64,000 nt of DNA, from contig CAVTZP010000005.1 of assembly GCA_963739245.1 (NCBI GenBank), positions 78,707 through 142,706 of the forward strand. Direction: 5' to 3'. Source of the stretch: an uncultured delta proteobacterium (GTDB taxonomy: Bacteria > Chloroflexota > Dehalococcoidia > Dehalococcoidales > BS750m-G39). Both the position numbers and the translations under genes were made by a program. Within the stretch, counting starts at the first letter, position 1. Each line of letters starts with the position of its first letter. Below the pieces are notes generated by a model. That model worked only from the letters and a program-made list of their open reading frames with translations, ran no database searches and was not told the DNA's origin. Shown piece by piece: positions 59,839 through 64,000 of the stretch.

Positions 59839-60123
59839 CTATGCGAAGCGTTTATCAAATTTAGTAAGAATCGAGAAAAGAAACACAAAAATTAACAAGT
59901 ATAATGGGACAGCACATACGTAGAATAAATACACTATTTTCGGGTCACAAGAGCCCCAGTCCAGTCTGGCGAAAACTGCGTAGAAAAAACCCATCCCCCC
60001 AAGCAGGTAAATCAGTATCGCAGAAGCTTTGATACCTCTTTTAGGATTTCTGATTAGTAATTTAAGGGTGCTATCAGCCCACTTCAAGAACGCAGAACAG
60101 TCAAATCTAGGCTCATTAGCCAT
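59839..60123 (-). CDS. AT-rich small membrane protein
   Basis: 94 aa, two hydrophobic segments; overlaps upstream ORF. Confidence 0.55.
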   Translation of the reverse strand: MANEPRFDCSAFLKWADSTLKLLIRNPKRGIKASAILIYLLGGMGFFYAVFARLDWGSCDPKIVYLFYVCAVPLYLLIFVFLFSILTKFDKRFA

Positions 60124-60415
60124 GTTTCTTCATATACACGATATAGGAAGCGCCGATTACGACGCCTACCAATGGCATTACAAACAGCCAAGAGAGCAGC
60201 GTATAGTTGAGAACAAGTGAAACAACTAACCCCGCCAATGACAATATACCTGTTATGGAAAGCCCAGCTATCTCAGCTGCCATTGTATCTTTAATTGTAA
60301 TAACACCATGTTCTCTTTCACGAGTTTGGTACTCTAATTTATCACGTTTTTCGATGTAGCCTGTTGAGCCGTTATAAATTTGTGATACTGCTGGTGATAA
60401 TTGCTCAGCACTCAT
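60116..60415 (-). CDS. AT-rich small membrane protein
   Basis: 99 aa, two C-terminal TM segments; ATGA coupling. Confidence 0.6.
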   Translation of the reverse strand: MSAEQLSPAVSQIYNGSTGYIEKRDKLEYQTREREHGVITIKDTMAAEIAGLSITGILSLAGLVVSLVLNYTLLSWLFVMPLVGVVIGASYIVYMKKHG

Positions 60416-61092
60416 ATGACTTCCTCCAATATTTTCTCAAATCCATCAGAATGAGTCCGGCAAAGCTCAAACGAATTTACAAGGAACTCCTCTAAACTTT
60501 TTCTTGAGTATTCTACCACATCAGTACTTGATATGGTAGTTGACAAGAAAATAAACACTTTAGATGTAACCTTTTTCATTTTAAATACTCTAAAATCTTT
60601 TTGCAACTGACTAATGTCCATTATGCCACTTTGATGATGCAAATTCAACCTACCTCTACTCATCTCTAATACAACGCTTGAGTCACAACAGTCATCAAAG
60701 ATTTCGCTTTCCTTTATAAAGCATTGTCTATATTTATGTTCTAATGGCTTAAACTCATAATTTCTAACAGGGCGAATCCAAAATATTCTCAAGCGGCGGG
60801 ATTTTATCTTAGCTATAGGTGCAACATCGTTTATATTTTCTAATATTGATAATGTTCTTGTAATAGCTTGCTTATGGTCTATCAGGTCTTCATACAGTAT
60901 CGAACAATTGTCGTAAGTCCATAGAGCTGCGAACTTTAATTTTTCGTCCCGAATTCGAGCACCTGGCTCAAATGGTCTTTCAAGTTTACTAATATCCTTA
61001 GCACTTATACGTTGCATAACGGCTTGTGCCGGAGTAATAACTCTTGTCTTTTCTGAGAATTCCAAGTTTGTTTCAAATCTTGAAATATCCAT
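60412..61092 (-). CDS. AT-rich hypothetical protein (possibly TIGR04255-like)
   Basis: 226 aa; first gene of coupled three-gene cassette. Confidence 0.6.
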   Translation of the reverse strand: MDISRFETNLEFSEKTRVITPAQAVMQRISAKDISKLERPFEPGARIRDEKLKFAALWTYDNCSILYEDLIDHKQAITRTLSILENINDVAPIAKIKSRRLRIFWIRPVRNYEFKPLEHKYRQCFIKESEIFDDCCDSSVVLEMSRGRLNLHHQSGIMDISQLQKDFRVFKMKKVTSKVFIFLSTTISSTDVVEYSRKSLEEFLVNSFELCRTHSDGFEKILEEVI

Positions 61093-61203
61093 ATTTACAA
61101 GTGTCTACAATTCATTATCAAAATGATTATAGTGTAGAAATACAAATACGTCAACCCAAAATAGACGCTAAATAACGAAATTTATCACCCGCATAAAAAT
61201 CCC

Positions 61204-62394
61204 TCACTCCCTCACCAGCCCCATAATCCCCACCATCGCCAGAAAGGCAAGAGCGGCGCCGAAGAAGAAGGGGGCGGCGGGATTTACCGCATCCCATAGC
61301 CACCCCGCAATCAGGCTGGCGGGCAAAAGAGCCAGCCCAACCACCCCGTGATACAGCCCATAGGCCGTGCCCCGCTTCTCCGCGGGAACCAAATCGGCGA
61401 CAAAGGCTCGTGCCACCCCTTCTGCCATCCCATAAAAGACCCCATAACAGGCAAAGAGCAGCCATACCTGCCAGGGCTCCGATGCCAGGGCAAATCCCAG
61501 ATAGACCAGAGCATAGATAGCCCAGCCCACGGCGATAATCCACCGCCTCCCCAGCCTGTCTGATAGCACCCCCGCCGGTAAGGCGGTAACGGCATAGGTA
61601 AGATTAAACAGGACGAGCATCAAGACCACGGAGATAAGCGATGAGCCCAGGTTCTGCGCCCGCAGAATGACGAAGAAATCACTGGAGTTGCCCAGGGTGA
61701 ATACCGCCATTATCGCCAGAAAAAGCTTGAAGCGGGTATCAAAGCCACCAACTGACCTAAAGAGGGGCAACTTCTGGGCAGCCGGCGAGGGTTTTTTCTC
61801 GTGGACAAAGAATAGCAGCACCAGTACCGACAGCACTGCGGGGACAATACCAACCACTATCAGCCACTGGTAGGTCTTCAGGCTAAGCTCAAGCCCCGCT
61901 CCCTGAACCAGATAGATAATGACGGCGGCGAGCGCCAGCCCGAGGACGGCGCCGGTGGTATCCATCGCCCGGTGCAGGCCAAAGCCCCTACCCCTTTCCT
62001 TAGCTGAGACCGAGTCAGCCACCAGGGCGTCGCGGGGGGAGGTGCGGATGCCCTTCCCCAGCCTATCACCAAACCTGATTGCCAGCACGCTACCCCAGCT
62101 TGTTGCCAGATACATGAAGGGCTTAGCTAGAGTGGAAATGCTGTAGCCTAATATTGCCAGAGGCTTGCGCTTTCCCACCCGGTCGCTGAGCCAGCCGCTG
62201 AATATCCTGAGGATAGCATCAGTGCTCTCAGAAACCCCACCGACAAGGCCGACAATAGTGGTCGCTGCCCCCAGCACATTGGACAGGAAGAGGGGAACAA
62301 GGGTAAAAATCATCTCGGTTGAGATATCGGTCAGCAGACTGACCACGCCCAGAAAGAAGACATTAGGGTTAAGACCGAAGACCCGGCGCTGCAT
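61204..62394 (-). CDS. MFS transporter
   Basis: SLLTDISTEM, GWLSDRVGKRK, GKGIRTSPRDAL. Confidence 0.9.
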   Translation of the reverse strand: MQRRVFGLNPNVFFLGVVSLLTDISTEMIFTLVPLFLSNVLGAATTIVGLVGGVSESTDAILRIFSGWLSDRVGKRKPLAILGYSISTLAKPFMYLATSWGSVLAIRFGDRLGKGIRTSPRDALVADSVSAKERGRGFGLHRAMDTTGAVLGLALAAVIIYLVQGAGLELSLKTYQWLIVVGIVPAVLSVLVLLFFVHEKKPSPAAQKLPLFRSVGGFDTRFKLFLAIMAVFTLGNSSDFFVILRAQNLGSSLISVVLMLVLFNLTYAVTALPAGVLSDRLGRRWIIAVGWAIYALVYLGFALASEPWQVWLLFACYGVFYGMAEGVARAFVADLVPAEKRGTAYGLYHGVVGLALLPASLIAGWLWDAVNPAAPFFFGAALAFLAMVGIMGLVRE

Positions 62395-62428
62395 AGCTAA
62401 CCAGTATAGCATAATGGGGTGAGGCTAA

Positions 62429-62458
62429 TTGACAACTAGGCTGCTCACTAGCTACAAT
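62429..62458 (+). promoter_or_regulatory. tRNA operon promoter
   Basis: TTGACA-N18-TACAAT just upstream of tRNA-Phe. Confidence 0.7.
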
Positions 62459-62467
62459 GATTTCCGT

Positions 62468-62543
62468 GCCGAGGTAGCTCAGGTGGTAGAGCACTTGACT
62501 GAAAATCAAGGTGTCCCCAGTTCGACTCTGGGCCTCGGCACCA
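62468..62543 (+). tRNA. tRNA-Phe(GAA)
   Basis: Cloverleaf, loop CTGAAAA, CCA encoded. Confidence 0.95.
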
Positions 62544-62559
62544 AACTGGTGGGTGTTGA

Positions 62560-62634
62560 GCGGAAGTAGTTCAGCGGTAGAATGCCTCCTTGCCAAGGAG
62601 GAGGTCGCGAGTTCGAATCTCGTCTTCCGCTCCA
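62560..62634 (+). tRNA. tRNA-Gly(GCC)
   Basis: Loop TTGCCAA, CCA encoded. Confidence 0.95.
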
Positions 62635-62646
62635 TTTGAGTTTTAA

Positions 62647-62732
62647 GCCGAAGTGGCGGAATAGGTAGACGCGACAGTCTCAAAAACTGTTGGAGGGCAA
62701 CCTCTGTGTCGGTTCGAGCCCGACCTTCGGCA
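62647..62732 (+). tRNA. tRNA-Leu(CAA)
   Basis: Loop CTCAAAA, long variable arm, CCA not encoded. Confidence 0.93.
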
Positions 62733-62742
62733 TAATATAGAA

Positions 62743-62816
62743 TGCCGAGTAGTGCAGCGGTAGCACAGAGGACTTTGGATCCTTTGACCCAGGTTCGAAT
62801 CCTGGCTCGGCAGCCA
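62743..62816 (+). tRNA. tRNA-Gln(TTG)
   Basis: Loop CTTTGGA, CCA encoded. Confidence 0.93.
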
Positions 62817-62872
62817 GTTTGCTTTCTTCCAAGATGCTTGTCTGGAGGTCTTTGTTGTGGGAATTAAGGGGA

Positions 62873-63505
62873 ATGTTCAAGAAGCTACTGAGTGAGCTGC
62901 CCGGCGGGGTGGTGCTGGTGGCGGCGGTCAAAGACAGGACGGCTAAAGAGGTGCTTGAGGCGGTAGAAGCCGGCATAGAGATTGTCGGCGAAAACTATGT
63001 CCAGGAAGCGGAAAGATTCTATAAGGTGATAGAAAGTAAAGCAAAATGGCACTTTATCGGAAGCCTGCAAAAAAATAAGGTGAAAAAAGCGGTAAGACTG
63101 TTTGATATGATACAGACCGTTGATTCTATGGAAATAGCCCAGGAGATTGATAAGCGAAGCGCTCAGATTAGCAAAGTTATGCCGGTATTGGTCGAGATAA
63201 ATAGCGGCCGAGAGAAACAGAAATCAGGCGTCCTGCCCGAAGACGCTGAGCATTTAATAACGACGCTTTCAGGCTTACCCAACATAAAAGTAATGGGACT
63301 AATGACTATGGGGCCTCGTTTTGGCGACCCTGAGGAGTCAAGACCCTATTTTGTCACCGCCAGAAAGATATTTGAGCGGATTAAGAAGCTCAAGATACCG
63401 AACATAGAGATGAGATACCTTTCCATGGGAATGACCAATTCTTACCAGATTGCTATGGAGGAAGGGGCGAACATGGTAAGAATAGGGACTAAAATATTTG
63501 AGTAG
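62873..63505 (+). CDS. yggS: PLP homeostasis protein YggS
   Basis: GENYVQE, WHFIGSLQKNK, LSMGMT, VRIGTKIF. Confidence 0.95.
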   Translation: MFKKLLSELPGGVVLVAAVKDRTAKEVLEAVEAGIEIVGENYVQEAERFYKVIESKAKWHFIGSLQKNKVKKAVRLFDMIQTVDSMEIAQEIDKRSAQISKVMPVLVEINSGREKQKSGVLPEDAEHLITTLSGLPNIKVMGLMTMGPRFGDPEESRPYFVTARKIFERIKKLKIPNIEMRYLSMGMTNSYQIAMEEGANMVRIGTKIFE

Positions 63506-63608
63506 CCCCTTGACTAAGTGAAGCCTTAGACTTAATCTATAACGATGGGTGGGCTGGAAACTGAATAAGACAAATGATAAAATAAGCCATAGTCAGGAGG
63601 TTAGTTGA

Positions 63609-63875
63609 ATGGCGTACAAGATTACTGAGGAGTGTATTAGTTGTGGTGCCTGTGAACCAGAGTGTGGGAATGAGGCAATCTCTGAGGGAAAGGAAATCTA
63701 TGTAATTGCCCCCGATAAGTGCACTGAGTGTGTCGGCAATTTTGAATCACCGAAGTGCGTTGATGTCTGCCCGGTGGACTGCTGTGTACCTGACCCAGAC
63801 CATAAGGAAAGCCGGGAGCAATTGCTTAATAAATGGAAGAAGCTGCACCCGGGTGAAACTCCAGCAGCTACCTAA
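63609..63875 (+). CDS. YfhL-type 2[4Fe-4S] ferredoxin
   Basis: [28 protein letters not shown]. Confidence 0.93.
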   Translation: MAYKITEECISCGACEPECGNEAISEGKEIYVIAPDKCTECVGNFESPKCVDVCPVDCCVPDPDHKESREQLLNKWKKLHPGETPAAT

Positions 63876-63931
63876 AAATATCGTTTGATTTAGACTTTTA
63901 TAATAGCAATAAAGTTGCTGCTTTTAGCCGT

Positions 63932-64000
63932 TCCCCGATAGCTCAACGGTAGAGCGGGCGGCTGTTAACCGCTAGGTTGTTGGTTCGAATCCAGCTCGGG
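63932..64000 (+). tRNA. tRNA-Asn(GTT), truncated by window end
   Basis: TCCCCGATAGCTCAA..loop CTGTTAA..GGTTCGAATCC. Confidence 0.9.

Noticed and set aside
9556-61595. Numerous 60-170 aa ORFs antisense to or nested in recognised genes
   Set aside because: Shadow ORFs of well-supported genes, without motifs or RBS
62369-62976. ORFs 62369..62683 and 62680..62976
   Set aside because: Antisense translations of the tRNA cluster

Overview
Chromosomal segment of an anaerobic bacterium, most likely a Dehalococcoidia-type Chloroflexota. This is inferred from the mur-less mraZ-rsmH-ftsA-ftsZ cluster, B12-dependent nrdJ, nurA/herA, hdr genes and a pan-type leader. Most of the window is housekeeping: rpsU, nrdRJ, ftsAZ, trmD-rplS-priA-def, cca-secDF, sufCB, rib and pan operons, and six tRNAs. 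The left 9.5 kb is the most interesting part. It holds a compact virion-structural cluster (portal, scaffold, major capsid, adaptor, tail-like genes) in host-like DNA, ending in an Xre repressor, with no replication, integrase or tape-measure gene visible; this makes it a gene-transfer-agent-like or domesticated-prophage candidate. Its portal gene appears to be cut at about position 2200 by a foreign element that runs off the left edge. A paralogous Xre repressor with the same recognition helix lies 17 kb away in a cI/cro-like divergent pair, and the same TTGCCAnnTGGC(A/G)A palindrome occurs at both loci, suggesting a trans-acting switch. Other observations: a seven-copy GC-rich multi-hairpin intergenic repeat family whose conserved end often abuts promoters; a four-helix-bundle gene enclosed by inverted heptamer arrays; a duplicated lysine-rich micro-peptide; an HdrCB plus HdrL-type operon; and six single-base frameshifts, some probably sequencing errors. 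All product calls come from motif recognition by eye, not database searches.
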